Source: Felis catus
Taxonomy: Eukaryota
Assembly: GCF_018350175.1 (NCBI RefSeq)
Contig: NC_058377.1
Location: 61,442,001-61,506,000 of the forward strand
DNA length: 64,000 nucleotides
Reading direction: 5' to 3'
A program made the position numbers and the translations under genes. This document shows positions 1 to 12,594 of the stretch, piece by piece (position 1 is the first letter of the stretch; each line of letters begins with the position of its first letter). The notes beneath the pieces are model-generated. The model ran no database searches. It worked only from the letters and a program-made list of their open reading frames with translations, and was not told where the DNA came from.

Positions 1-145
1 ATTAGCAAGTGTGAAAAACGAGATGATGAAGGTGGGAAAGAAAGTTTCTCTGGAGATTAATCATCTCCCTTCCTACGCTAGAAAGAGAAAAGGAACTATA
101 CACATTATCAATAACTGAAATGGACTTGCTTCGACAAATTTTTAA

Positions 146-146
146 A

Positions 147-212
<66 letters not shown>

Positions 213-250
213 TTGAGAGAGAGGGAGGGAGATTGAGAGACACACAGAGA
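146..250. repeat. Compound (GT)n(GA)n microsatellite
   Basis: GT run followed directly by a GA/GAGA run. Confidence 0.95.
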
Positions 251-3200
251 GATAGGGTAGTAACAGAGTAGAGTAGATGTGTTTAGGGATGTAAGGATGT
301 GTGAGAGGAATATGAAGAGCCAGGAACAGAACAATTAGATCGATCCAGAGAATCAACACAAGGTTCCTGACCATGGATTCTGAGAGCTAGACTAAAAGAA
401 TGGCTGCATATCAGTGATTTCAGATTCATCTGAGTCCTCGATTACCCAGTAATCACTGAGGCAAATTCTTAGAGAATCAGGAAGGTTGAAGTTTTCAATT
501 AATTGATCCTTCAATACAGAGATTATCTTGGTAGAAACCACCTAAAGTTTGTATATATGCACAATTTACATCCTTTCAAAGGAGAATGCATTTAGACTTA
601 GTATTTTGCATGTGTTGAAATGAAACAAACAAGGGGGCAATTTGTGTAGAATGCCTCATATATCTACATCCTACCTGCAGCTTCTTGGGGAAGGTTAGCT
701 TTGCCAGGGGAAGGGCCCAAAGAAGCAGAAATTAATTGAGTCATTTCTACCAAACTTTGTCATTACAAATGATAACAATAAAACTAATGTTTGACATCTA
801 TGTTAAAGATCAACAACCTTCTTATGTTGAAGACGTGGGGTCTGAATGCATGGTATAGTCTAAGCACAGGGCCGGATGTTCCATTGGGAAAATAGAGCTG
901 CAACATAAAGGGGTCAACAGGGGTGCAGCCTCATTGTCTGCTGCAGGCAAATTCTGCAGTAGTAATGTGTTTACTCAGCCTCCGGCACGTTGTCTTTTAT
1001 ACAGGAAGTACTCAGTAAAGGGATATTGAACTTAACTGAATTCTATCGCAATAGTGTACCCAAGAGAAGGAAAACATCCAACTGAATGTGATAATGTCAT
1101 AGTTACGTGATTTGCAAGCAAATGTTTAAATTGGAACAAATACTAACACTCTCACAGCAGAATGAATGACAGTAAACAGGCCACTCAACTGTGCATTAAT
1201 TTCCAAGGTTGGGTTTTAGGAGCAGGTATTTAATAGAAATGGGAAAGGGGTGGGTGAGGGAAGTGGGGAAATACCGCACTTTGATTAAAGAAGACAGTTC
1301 CACAAAATTTTAATTTTCTTGTTGAGCGTTACCTAGTTTGGGACAATTTTAGCCTTTATTTCTGGCTTTATTAGATGCTTTTGTGTGTTCTAGGAATTTT
1401 ATCCTACTCATGAAACCAAAGAAAAATTAGATTCTATGTAAAGAATACAATCACTTTAATAAGAAATATAAGAAAAGTATTTTTCATCAATAAATCATAG
1501 TAATTGAATTTCATTGAACAAATACATTTTCAGTATTTTCTGTTATATTTTAAGTACTTATGTCATTTGATATTTTCAGATTTATCTTACAAAAATTATC
1601 TTGTTTAGAATCAGTAATTACCATCTATTCTTTGAAAGAACATTATTTATCGATCAGATATTAATATGAGGAAGTTTTCCAACAGAAATACGATACATTA
1701 TCTTTTCATTTTAAGCCATTATTATTTCAATTACAATTTTCTGTACAAAATGTGTATATCTGAATTTTGATAAAAAATTTTATCCCTGCATCGAGACTTA
1801 TTTCAAAATCTGTCTAGCTTGTCATTTGATGTCATCAATTTTATTTGTGCTGTTTATTTCTAAAACATCTAATTTTATCTGGGATACTGGAGAATATTTC
1901 ACTAGGGTCCATTTCTGGGGTTAAGATTTGTTTAAAATACTATAATGTAAGCTCTGCTATAGACCCCTATATGTATATATTTAACTTTAATTTTAATAGG
2001 CTTTATTTTTAGATTAGTTTCAGGTTTACAGAAACACTGTACAGGAAGTATAGAGTTTCTATATACCCTGTCTTCCTCTGCCATCCTACATTTTCTCTGG
2101 TAATTAACATATTGCATTAGTGTGATACATTTGTTACAAAAGTTGAGCACGTAGATAATTATTATTAAATAAAGTGCATAGTTTACATTAGGGCTCATTC
2201 TTTGTATTGTACATTTCTTTGTGTTTGGATAAATGTGTATCATATCCATAATTACAGTATCATGTAGAATATTCTTCTGTCTAAAAAGGCCCTGGGTTCC
2301 ATCTATTCATCCTTCTCTTTTCTCTCTCAAACCCTGGTGACTGCTGATCTTGTTATCGTCTCTGTAGTTTTATTTTTCCAGAATATGATATAGCAGGGAT
2401 CACATGTATTAGCTTTTTTAGGAACTGCCTCATTGACTTAGCAATATGGATTTAAAGTTTCTACATACCTTTTGTAACTTGACAGTTCATTTCTTTTTAT
2501 TACTATTTCATCATAGGGGTGTATCATGGCTTGTTTACACATTCACCTACTGGTAGAGATATGGTTGCTTCCAAGTTTTGGCAATTGTGAATACAGATGC
2601 TATTAATATTCATGCACAAGTTTTGTGCTTACATAAATTTTCAATTCGCTTGGGTTAATACTTATTGGACTTCGTGATAAGCCTAGGCTTAGCTTTGTAT
2701 GCTGTCTTTCAAAGTAGCTGTACCATTTTGCATCTTCACCATTAATTAATGAGAATTCTTGTTTCTCCACCTCCTCACCAGCATTTAATATATCAGACTC
2801 TTGAATTTTAGCCATTCTAATAGGTGTGTGGTAGTATTATATTGTTATTTTAATTTGAAATTCCCCAATGAACTAGGGTGAGCATTTTTTCTATGCTTAT
2901 CTGTCATCTATATATCCTCTTCAGTGAGGTTTCTGTTCAGATTTTTGCCCATTTTAAATTTGGTTATTTTCTTATTGTTGAGTTTTAAGAGTTCTTTGGA
3001 TATTTTGGAGTAAAAGTCCTTATTTCAAATATGTGCTTTGCAAATATATTCTCCCTGCCTATGCTTTGTCATTTTATTCACTTAACAATGTCTTTCACAG
3101 AGCAGATGATTTCCAAATTTAATGAAGATCAGCTTATTAATTGCTTTTTTCACGGATCATACCTTTAATGTTAACTAAAAGGTGACTTTCAAAGCCAAGA

Positions 3201-3275
3201 TCTCCTAGATTTTATCCTATTGTCTCTTTTAAATTTTGTATAGTTTTGTATTCTCAATCTAAAAGTATTATGACC

Positions 3276-3497
3276 TGGAGTGCCTGGGTGGCGCAGTTGC
3301 TTAAATGGCTAACTCTTGATTTTGAATCAGGTCATGATCTCACTGTCCTCAGATCAAGCCCCTCATGGGGCTCTGCACTGGGCATGGTGTCCTTCAGATT
3401 TTCTCTCCCTCTTCCTCTGCCTCTCCCCCACTCACATGCACTCTCTCTCACTCTCTTTAAAAAAAAGCAATCAATCGATCAATCAATTAATCAATTA
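3276..3497 (+). mobile_element. CanSINE (older subfamily); tail continues at ~3683-3700 after a nested SINE
   Basis: tRNA-like head gagtgcctgggtggcgcagttgcttaa, (CT)n region, A-rich tail. Confidence 0.9.
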
Positions 3498-3682
3498 AGG
3501 TTTTTTGAGAGAGAGAATGTGAATGGGAGAAGGGCAGAGGGCAATGGAGAGGATCCCAAGCAGGCTCCACACTGTCAGTGCAAAGCCCCATGCAGGGCTC
3601 AAACCCATAAACTATAAGATCATGACCTGAGCTGAAACCAGGAGTCCTACGCTTAACCAACTGAGCCATCTGGGGACGCCCC
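3498..3682 (-). mobile_element. CanSINE nested in the tail of the preceding SINE
   Basis: gatcatgacctgagctgaaacc...cttaaccaactgagcc...gacgcccc is the reverse-complemented SINE head. Confidence 0.9.
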
Positions 3683-4698
3683 AAAATAAATAAATCAATA
3701 AAAATACTGTGATCCACTCTGAGTTAATTTTTGTGAAAGGTGTAAAGTCTGTGTCTACATTCCTTTATTTTTGCGTGTGAAATGTGCAATGCCTTCAGCA
3801 TGATTATTTGAAAAGACTATTTTTCTCCATTAAATTGCCTTTGTTCCTGTGTCAAAGATCAGTTGACTACAAGTACGTGTGTGCCTATGGGTGGGCTTCA
3901 GTTTTGTTCCCCTCATCAATTTGTCTATTCTTCTGCATGATCATACTGTTTTGATCACTGCATCTTTAAGTTCAAAGTCCAGTAGTGTCAGTGCTCCAAA
4001 CGTGCTCTTCTTCAGTGTGTGTTGCTATTCTGAGCCTTTTGCCTTTCCATATTAACTGAGGCAGAGATGTATGTATACACAAAATAACCTGCTGGGATTT
4101 ATAATATTAAGTTTTCCTTTCCTAGGCACAGAGATATTTAACTTTTTATTACAATGATGCAAATATTGTTATCTCTAAGGTCAAAATCACTACTTTATAA
4201 CTTCCTATTTTCCCATGGTACAGCATACTGCTTGAAATGGTGAATGTTCCTCTTTTTTCCTTTGTCTTTGTGTTCACTGCACACTAAATGACTATCTATG
4301 AATTTCTCTTGGGTAAAACCAAATTGATATATGTAACATCGTAAGTTCCTGAACCTATTATAAAACTAAACTAATATCCTTAACTTATAAATGCACACAA
4401 ATGCACATACATCACCAGTTATGAGTGGGTCTGCTTTGCATATTGAATTCTTGTGTATATTTGTGTGCCTTTGTGGGGAGGGAGAGAGAGAGAGAAAGAG
4501 AAAGAGAAAAAGACAGAATTTAGGGATCCTGTATATGCATCCCTAGACTTACAGCATCAATAAACATGTATACTTGAAAAAATGCCCTTTAAAGACACAT
4601 TCAATTTTTGTTTCTAGGAATGTCTACATGAGAACAAATAAAGAAGAGAGAAACACAAAACAAAACTTGAAGCATAAATCAGGCAACTCTAAAGCCAC

Positions 4699-5649
4699 AT
4701 GTTCAAGCTCAATGGCACAGTCTTCATGCCCTCAGTGTTGACACTGGTCGGGATCCCTGGCTTGGAATCTGTGCAGTTCTGGATTGGAATTCCTTTCTGT
4801 GCCATGTACATCACTGCTCTGTTTGGGAATTCCCTGCTCCTGGTCATCATCAAATCGGAACACAGCCTCCATGAACCCATGTACCTCTTCCTGGCAATGC
4901 TTGGAGCAACAGACATTGCTCTCAGTACCTGCATCCTACCCAAAATGCTAGGAATATTCTGGTTCCATTTACCAGACATATATTTCGATGCCTGTCTCTT
5001 TCAGATGTGGCTCATCCACACCTTCCAGTGTATCGAATCAGGAATTCTGCTGGCCATGGCCCTGGACCGCTATGTGGCCATCTGTGATCCCCTGAGACAT
5101 GCAATCATCTTTACCCACCAACTAGTCACTCAGATTGGGGTAGCAGTGACACTCAGAGCAGCCCTCCTTGTAGCTCCATGTCTCATCCTCATCAAATGTC
5201 GGCTGAAACACTTCCGGACCACTGTGGTCTCCCATTCATACTGTGAGCACATGGCCGTCGTGAAGTTGGCAGCAGAAGATACTCGAATCAACAAGATCTA
5301 TGGTCTGTTTGTGGCTTTCACTATACTTGGATTTGACATAATCTTCATCACACTCTCCTACATCCGAATATTTATAACTGTCTTCAATCTGCCTCAGAGA
5401 GAATCTAGGCTCAAAGCCTTTAACACCTGCATTGCCCATATTTGTGTCTTCCTTGAGTTTTATCTCCTAGGTTTCTTCTCCTTCTTTACACACAGGTTTG
5501 GGTTCCACATTCCACCCTACATTCATATTCTTCTGTCCAATCTTTATCTGCTTGTCCCTCCTTTGCTCAATCCTATTGTGTATGGGGTGAAAACCAAACA
5601 GATTCGAGATCGAGTGTCTAAGATTTTCCACTTTAAAGATCCATCTTAA
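4699..5649 (+). CDS. OR52A5: Olfactory receptor, class I, OR52A subfamily (OR52A5-like), 316 aa, intact
   Basis: 7TM ORF with LHEPMY, MALDRYVAIC, SHSYCEHMAVVKLA, KAFNTC, PPLLNPIVYGVKTKQIR; N-glycan site NGT at 5; closely resembles human OR52A5 as I recall it; candidate acceptor tttttgtttctag at 4605-4617. Confidence 0.93.
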   Translation: MFKLNGTVFMPSVLTLVGIPGLESVQFWIGIPFCAMYITALFGNSLLLVIIKSEHSLHEPMYLFLAMLGATDIALSTCILPKMLGIFWFHLPDIYFDACLFQMWLIHTFQCIESGILLAMALDRYVAICDPLRHAIIFTHQLVTQIGVAVTLRAALLVAPCLILIKCRLKHFRTTVVSHSYCEHMAVVKLAAEDTRINKIYGLFVAFTILGFDIIFITLSYIRIFITVFNLPQRESRLKAFNTCIAHICVFLEFYLLGFFSFFTHRFGFHIPPYIHILLSNLYLLVPPLLNPIVYGVKTKQIRDRVSKIFHFKDPS

Positions 5650-5809
5650 GGGGTGCCTGAGTGACTCAATCAGTTAAGCAGATGACTTCGGCTCAGGTCA
5701 TGATCTCACAGCTCGTGAATTTGAGCCCCGCATGGGGCTCTGTGCTGACAGCTCAGAGCCTGGAATCTGCTTCAAATTCTGTGTCTCCCTCTCTCTCTGC
5801 CCCTCCTCC

Positions 5810-5852
<43 letters not shown>

Positions 5853-5881
5853 TAAATAAAAACATTAAAAATTTTTTAAAA
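5650..5881 (+). mobile_element. CanSINE inserted at the OR stop codon
   Basis: Head ggggtgcctgagtgactcaatcagttaag, (CT)n, A tail; 17-bp TSD 5633-5649 / 5882-5898 with 2 mismatches. Confidence 0.93.
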
Positions 5882-7206
5882 TTAAAGATTCATCTTGATA
5901 TCTCATTTATCTTTTGTCAAATAATAAAAATTTCTTTAGAGAAATACTAGTTTGAGTCACATTCTGTGCTGTCTCCAGTTTGTTTGTGCTGCTGACATAT
6001 AAAGTTTTAGGTTTTACATAGAAGACAGGCTCTGATTCCTATTTAAACAAGTTCACTTTTTATGGATACAGAATTAATTAATCAATAGATGACATAAAAG
6101 GCAGAAAACATGAAGACTTGTTTCTGGTTTAGTCAGTGAAGAATTTTCTTCAATCTTTCAGTGAGGAAGTTTCACAAAAACAAGTAAATTTAAGTGGTTA
6201 CCCTCTGATTGAAAATTTTAAGATCATGCAGTTCTTTAAAAACAATAAATTCATTCTAAAGTTGATAAGTTCAATGATCATGAACTAACTGCTTCTTTGT
6301 CATCTAATTTTGATTTCAGTAATCTTTCTCCTCCATCTCATCTTCATCATCATTTTATCACCATGAAAATCTTTTAACTTATTTTCTGACTTACTTTCAT
6401 CTGAGCACTATGAAGGTTCAGATGTTTAATTCTATATTGGAATTGTTATGATCAGTGAATCAATATGGGTACATTATAATTTACTAAAGTTCATATTTTA
6501 TTCATTTTTAAAAATTTTACCTAATTTCTTCCTCATCACCCCCACCACCACCACCACCACTGGGTCCCATCCTGGATGCCCCATTGCATTTAGGTGTCAA
6601 GAGTCCTTAAGCTTCTTTTGGCTATACTTTCCTTCTTTTCAATGACTTGGACAATATTGAAGAGTACTATTCAGGTATTTCATAGGAATCCCTTCCATTG
6701 GAATTAATCTGATGTTATTATAATGAGTAGATTGGAATTGTATATGCTGGGGAAGAAAGTCATAGAAATTAAAGGCCCATTTTGATCGCATATCAGGAGT
6801 ACATATTATCAACAATTTATCCACTGTGTGTATTGACTTTAATTACTTGTCCGAACTAGTGTTTGTCAGATTTCTCAATTTTAATTCCCATTTTATACTG
6901 CATTTTTGGAAGAAAAATCGCTATATATAGCCTATACTTAAGGAGTGGGGATTTATGTTCCTTCTTTTAGGATGGAATAGGTGCACAATTTGTTGAATTA
7001 TTTAGAATTCTTTTACATGGCAGATTGATTTATTCTCCCTACTTATTAATTTATTCAATCATTTATTTAGATCAGTATAGATTTACGGGTATTTTTGTTA
7101 TAATTTGGGTTATAATCCAATGTTACTTTATTTTATTGCTCACGTTGTCCCAGTTTGACCATTGGGTGCACTTTCATTTGGTTTTCACTCCATTTTGACT
7201 AACCCC

Positions 7207-7213
<7 letters not shown>

Positions 7214-7255
<42 letters not shown>

Positions 7256-7280
7256 GTGTGTGAGTGTGTGTGTATGTGTG
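7214..7280. repeat. (GT)n microsatellite
   Basis: Long GT run. Confidence 0.95.
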
Positions 7281-7603
7281 TATAGCAATTCTTGCTTTAT
7301 GGCATTGAAAGGTGCTCTAGGCTCATCTTGGGCATTTCCTCCCCAGTCCTAGAATTAGCCATTTTTCTAGGAAGTTTCATTCCTTTTACTGGTGAATAAC
7401 GTTAGAAACCAGTAACTGGGCCCCAAGTATGCTTGTTGCTGCCTGGGTATCTTTCTTTGGGTTCTTTCAGCTGACACAGCAATGAACTTTGTGTGTATGC
7501 TAGCCTATGTACGTACACATATATATAAATATTTCCATATGCAAACACTGTATCTAAATTAAGTTAATATAGGGTTCTTACTAATATCTGCAACATTAAT
7601 TCA

Positions 7604-7724
7604 AGAGACAGAGCATGAGTGGGAGAGAGGTAGAGAGAGAGGGAGACACAGAATCCCATGAGCTGTGTGATCATGACCTGAGCTGAAGTCAGATGCTTAA
7701 CTGACTGAGCCCCCCAGGTGCCCC
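7604..7724 (-). mobile_element. CanSINE with internal deletion
   Basis: gggagacacagaatccc joins directly to atgagctgtgtgatcatgacc, skipping the usual central segment. Confidence 0.8.
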
Positions 7725-9039
7725 TTCCCCACCCCTGATGGATCTTTCTAACAACTTTCCCTTGCTTATCAGTAAATTACCACTCCAACAGTGAAAAATC
7801 TGTCTTCAACCATCTGTCACCAACTGTTAATTTCCAGTATGCTTCTAAGATCATGTCAGAGTTGTAAATCCTTGCCCCTGTGGGAAACAACTCTAGCAAC
7901 TAAACTACGGCGTTTATGGACAGTACCTTTGCTTTTATTCTTACACTCCACTCATTCCCAAAGGTGCCTTAGTCAGTACCTTTTCCCATCATCCCCCTCT
8001 GTGAAGATATTTTGTACATTTGCCTACAAGTACATTATGTTCTTACAATCTGCATTGCTTCTGGGATCTGGGATTCTGGGAATCCTCCAAATTTCTAAAT
8101 AATTAGTTTTAATTTCTATGTGCTAATGTCTACTCTGTGCTGTAAATTTCTATTGTTTTTTTAAAAGGTACATAATATCATGTATTCACCATCACAGTAT
8201 CATACAAAAGAATTTGATCTACCAAAAAATCACATGTACCTCACCTATTTATTTGTGGACAAGTGGTTTTATTCCTTCCTTCTAAATCCGTATACCTTTT
8301 ATTTTTTTTTTGTATTGCATTATTTCTCTAGCTAAGACTGACAATATGATGCTGAATGGGAATACTGAGTGGTGGTATATTTGCCTTGTTCTTGATTCTA
8401 GAGGTTTCTCACTGTTCAATATGATGTTTGATGTAAAGTTTTTGGAGATGTTCTTCACTGACTTGAAGAGTTACCCTCTAGTCTTAGGTTGATGAGAGTT
8501 TTCTCCCTAAGAAACAAGTGTTAGATTTTGTCAAGGTTTTTAGTGCATCAATTGATATGATAACATGATTTTTTCTCTTTAGCTTGTTGATGAAGTGGAT
8601 AACATTAATTGATATTTGAACATTGAATTTATTCCCATTAGTGGTGTGTATATTTACTTTGAACTGACACCCAAATATAATGAATTTTAAAATAAATTGT
8701 CCTAGCTATAGCTATTACTTAAAAAGAAAAACCATTAATTCTTCAAAGGAGATACTTTGTTTCTGTATTATGTATGTCCATTTTGGCCACTGGAATTTTT
8801 GGTGTTCTTGGAACTAAACTATAGAATAAATTTCCCACATTGATGTGTATATATAGGAAATACTGAATGGTAAAGTAGACCTACGTATTTTCAAGAGTTT
8901 ATCTGTAAAATTTTTTGTGGCTTTTATAATGTGGTTCTTATATATAAAATTTTGATAGAAGGTTTAAAGCTTAAGGGCAGGTCAATAAAGACAAGTGGAC
9001 AGGAATATAAGACATTATAATGGGATGAATTGTTCTAAA

Positions 9040-9205
9040 TTATATATTTATGTAGAAGGACAGATAGTAAATAATTTGAGGGTTTGGGGTCATGTGATCT
9101 CTGTCTTAATTATTTAGCTTTGCCACCATAGGGCAAAAGCTTCCATAGACAATGCATTAATTAATGGATATGGTGATTCTCCAATAAGACTTTATTTACA
9201 GAAAG
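9040..9205. mobile_element. MER58-like hAT DNA transposon relic
   Basis: gaaggacagatagtaaata...gcttccatagacaatgcatt...aataagactttatttacag resembles MER58A. Confidence 0.5.
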
Positions 9206-11084
9206 AAGCAGCAAGCTGCATTTCGTCTCTGTGTGATGCTTTGTCCCATATGCTGGACATATCTATATTCTGTGTGATTGATCAAGAGCAGTTTTAGGCT
9301 ATGTAAGTGCAAACTATAGTGTAGCCATTTAATTTTTAAGTTCAGGGTTTGGACTAGATTTATTACCTGGATCCAGTGTCTTCCACTGTACATAAGATTG
9401 TATGGACCTTTCACCATCACTGTTGCATTGTCTTTTGTTTCCCAAGGTGACCAATGATTTTCATAGCGACACACACCAGATCTTTTCTTATTGGATGTCC
9501 CAACTGATTTTCTAATTGTATGTTTTTCCTTGAAGGTTTATCCTCCTTTCGTTTTTATGACACCACTGTCCTCTGGGTGCATTTTCATGTTTCTTACTAC
9601 ATCTATTCAGTTCTGTTGGGGTATTACCTCTACTTTGAAACCCTCACCCAGTTACCTGGTGATATTATCATCACTCTTCAAGGCTCAACCATCCTTTTCT
9701 TGGAACCTCCTCCAATACGCCTCAATTAGAATTTTTTCTCAGACTCAGTGTTATTTTTGGTGTTTGATAATCATCTACACATTTTTAAATGTATTATATA
9801 TTTTTTTCTAAATTACCTGGGATGGCTGTTGGATTTTATTTTCTCTTCACTTAATTTTTTTTTTTTACCATTTATTTTCTCATGTATCTTCCTTTGGCCT
9901 ATATTTCACATTTAATCAACACTCTATAACATTAACTGATTTTCTATTACTGATTTCAGTGACTTGACATGTTATTCACTGAAATAAGAAATTTTTTTAA
10001 TATGGCTTAGGTGGGGGAATAAGTGCAAAATCTCCTCCTTGGGGCATTTTGAATGTGTGTTGACTATCATGATAATTATGTTTCATAAATTGTCTCATTT
10101 GATTCTTACTTTAACACTATAAAGTATAACAACTATTTTCCACATTTACCAATGATGAAGCTTAGGATTTATAAAGTTAAAAATGACACTCATCCAGCAA
10201 TTAGTGATGGAATCAGTGTTTAAACTTGATTTTTCCCCCAAAACCCAGCTTTAAAATATCTGAAAAGCCACTCTGAATATATTAAATGAATAAATGGAAA
10301 AACTATATGGTTATTATAAGAAAACATAGCTCTCTGCAATCTAAAACACACAAAAGTTGATGAGATACATATATAGTCAGCAACAAACAAGAATATGGCT
10401 GCAGATGAAACGCCTGAAAAGATAAAGTTTTGAGGAACTAATTCATTTGAGAACACAAAATTGTTCATGAAATGGCCACAGAATATATACCAACCTTGGT
10501 CAAAAACAAATAATTTCCAATTCAATGAATGCTTCAGCCCATGATGATCTAAAGTAAAAGAATGTTTTGAACAGAGCATTTTATAGATATGCCCAAAGTA
10601 GTGTTCTTTGTGTTCCATGTATAATAAAATTAACATCTTAAATTAAGAAGTGAATTGTTTTCAATTTCAACACTGAATGAATATGACCAAAACAAATTGA
10701 GATTCACTGAATCCATAAAAGAGGGGGGAGGCAGAGAGGGAATGCCATGTGGGTAAGTACTATTTTCAGAGTCTTGGAGTTTTATTCAAGCTTGGAAGGC
10801 ATAGTACTAATGGTACCAGGCTACACTAATTGGACCTTTCTCTAGTAAAACAGAAAAAATATGTGCTTGGGGTCTTGCCAAAATATTGGAATATATTTAG
10901 CACTTATAAGTGGTTTGAAGGAAACTTAAGAGATCTACCACAATATTTAAAAGAAGAGTAGATGTAGAATGATAAAAAAATAAAATGTTTACAGGAATAG
11001 GCTTCCATATTCATAAAGCAACTAAATATAAGATTTCTGTCATGGTGGACAATGTTGCATGATAAGGAGCATGTATTTTGAAAG

Positions 11085-11275
11085 CCAGAGTCCCTGGGTT
11101 CAATTCTACATTGCCACGTCCTAGGTGAGTCACCGTTATGCAATTTACTTAACATTTCTCTGCCTCAGTCTCCTATTTGGTACAATGAGAACAACAATAA
11201 CATCTACATCACAGTATAGTTTTGTGGACTAAAGGAGTAAATACATGTAAAGGGCTTAGTAAACAGCCAAACTCA
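11085..11275 (+). mobile_element. MIR SINE
   Basis: ctgggttcaattct...cttaacatttctctgcctcagtctcctatttggtacaatgag MIR core. Confidence 0.75.
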
Positions 11276-11362
11276 CAGTGATCATTATTTGAGTATCAAA
11301 CCATTATTATAACTATTGTAATAAGTAGGATGAAACTTGACAATGATGATTTTTACTCGGGA

Positions 11363-11592
11363 TTTTTAAAATTTTTTTTTATAATTTATTTATTTATTTT
11401 GGAAGAGAGAGAGCACACACATACAGGAGCAACTGAGGGAGGGGGAAATAGAGGGAGAGAGAGAATCCCAAGCAGACTCTGCACTGTTAGTGCAGAGCCT
11501 GAAGCAGGGCTTGGGCCCATGAACTGTGAAATCATGACCTGAGCCGAAATCAAGAGTAGGACACTTACCCTACTGAGCCACCTAAGTGCCCC
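11363..11592 (-). mobile_element. CanSINE (older)
   Basis: Reverse-complement SINE; TSD 11354-11368 / 11593-11607. Confidence 0.9.
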
Positions 11593-11605
11593 TACTCAGG
11601 AATTT

Positions 11606-11825
11606 AAAAAAAAATTTTTTTTCAACGTTTATTTATTTTTGGGACAGAGAAAGACAGAGCATGAATGGGGGAGGGGCAGAGAGAGAGGGAGACACAGAAT
11701 CGGAAACAGGCTCCAGGCTCTGAGCCATCAGCCCAGAGCCCCACGCGGGGCTCGAACTCACGGACTGCGAGATCGTGACCTGGCTGAAGTCGGACGCTTA
11801 ACCGACTGCGCCACCCAGGCGCCCC
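11606..11825 (-). mobile_element. Young SINEC_Fc-type CanSINE
   Basis: CpG-intact felid sequence gagatcgtgacctggctgaagtcggacgcttaaccgactgcgccacccaggcgcccc. Confidence 0.95.
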
Positions 11826-12594
11826 AGGAATTTTTAATTAGTGCATGTAACAGTGAAAATTGGAAAAAAGAATTTGTTTTTATAAAATGCAATGTTCAAT
11901 GTACTGAGAATTTTAAAATTATTACAATAATTAGCCTAGTTGTTTCACATCTGTGAACATTATAAAATAGTATCCATAAATATAGAATATGGAATAATGT
12001 CAATACTAAATAACAATTATTGCAAATATTTACTGAAAGCTTCCCATAAAGGCAGAAAAATTCTAAAAAAATTTATTGGCTGATACACAGGTACAGATCT
12101 AAAGGAAACGAAATGTTTAAAGAATGAGTGGATGGAGAGAAAACAATTTAAGGACTGTATTGACCAATGAAAATACAGGATAGATAAGTCTTAAGCACTG
12201 AGGGGTGGAAGGTGACTGACATGGATGGTATTACCCAAAGGTGACCTTGCACAACTGAAGATGTAATAATAGTAAACAAAGAATACTGACGTGGCACTAA
12301 GGACCTTTCCAAGGGAATCGGGAAATAATAATGAGAATTAATGACAGAAAGAAACTTAGTCATGGAGGTTGGCATGGTCCTCAGTCAGCCAGGATGAGTG
12401 GTGAATTAAACAAGAGAAAGACAAGGAAATATTACAAAATAAAAATAAGAGAAAAATACACAACATCAAATGTCCCCGCTAAAAGGTATAACTGAATTGA
12501 AAAATAGCATTTTGGGGACAAAGTTGCAACTACTGTTAACATACCATGACTTCATAAAACAGATTCTGCCAATATGGGTTTGTATTTACATATT

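Larger units (their letters stand above)
1985..4080 (-). mobile_element. Old L1M-type LINE, 3' end and ORF2 C-terminal part, interrupted by nested CanSINEs at 3276-3700
   Basis: Antisense L1 hallmarks such as ggttgcttccaagttttggcaattgtgaata and gagcatttttctatgcttatctgtcatc; no open frame. Confidence 0.7.
6560..8630 (-). mobile_element. Old L1M-type LINE fragments
   Basis: Antisense L1 3'UTR/ORF2-like segments (e.g. ttagcttgttgatgaagtggataacattaattgatattt); contains (GT)n and a SINE. Confidence 0.6.

Noticed and set aside
2-374. ORFs at the window start
   Set aside because: Driven by the (GT)/(GA) microsatellite; no OR or other motifs
11639-11956. ORFs such as MGQRKTEHEWGRGRERGRHRIGNRLQ (also 14122, 22421, 22429, 46358)
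   Set aside because: Translations of CanSINE bodies
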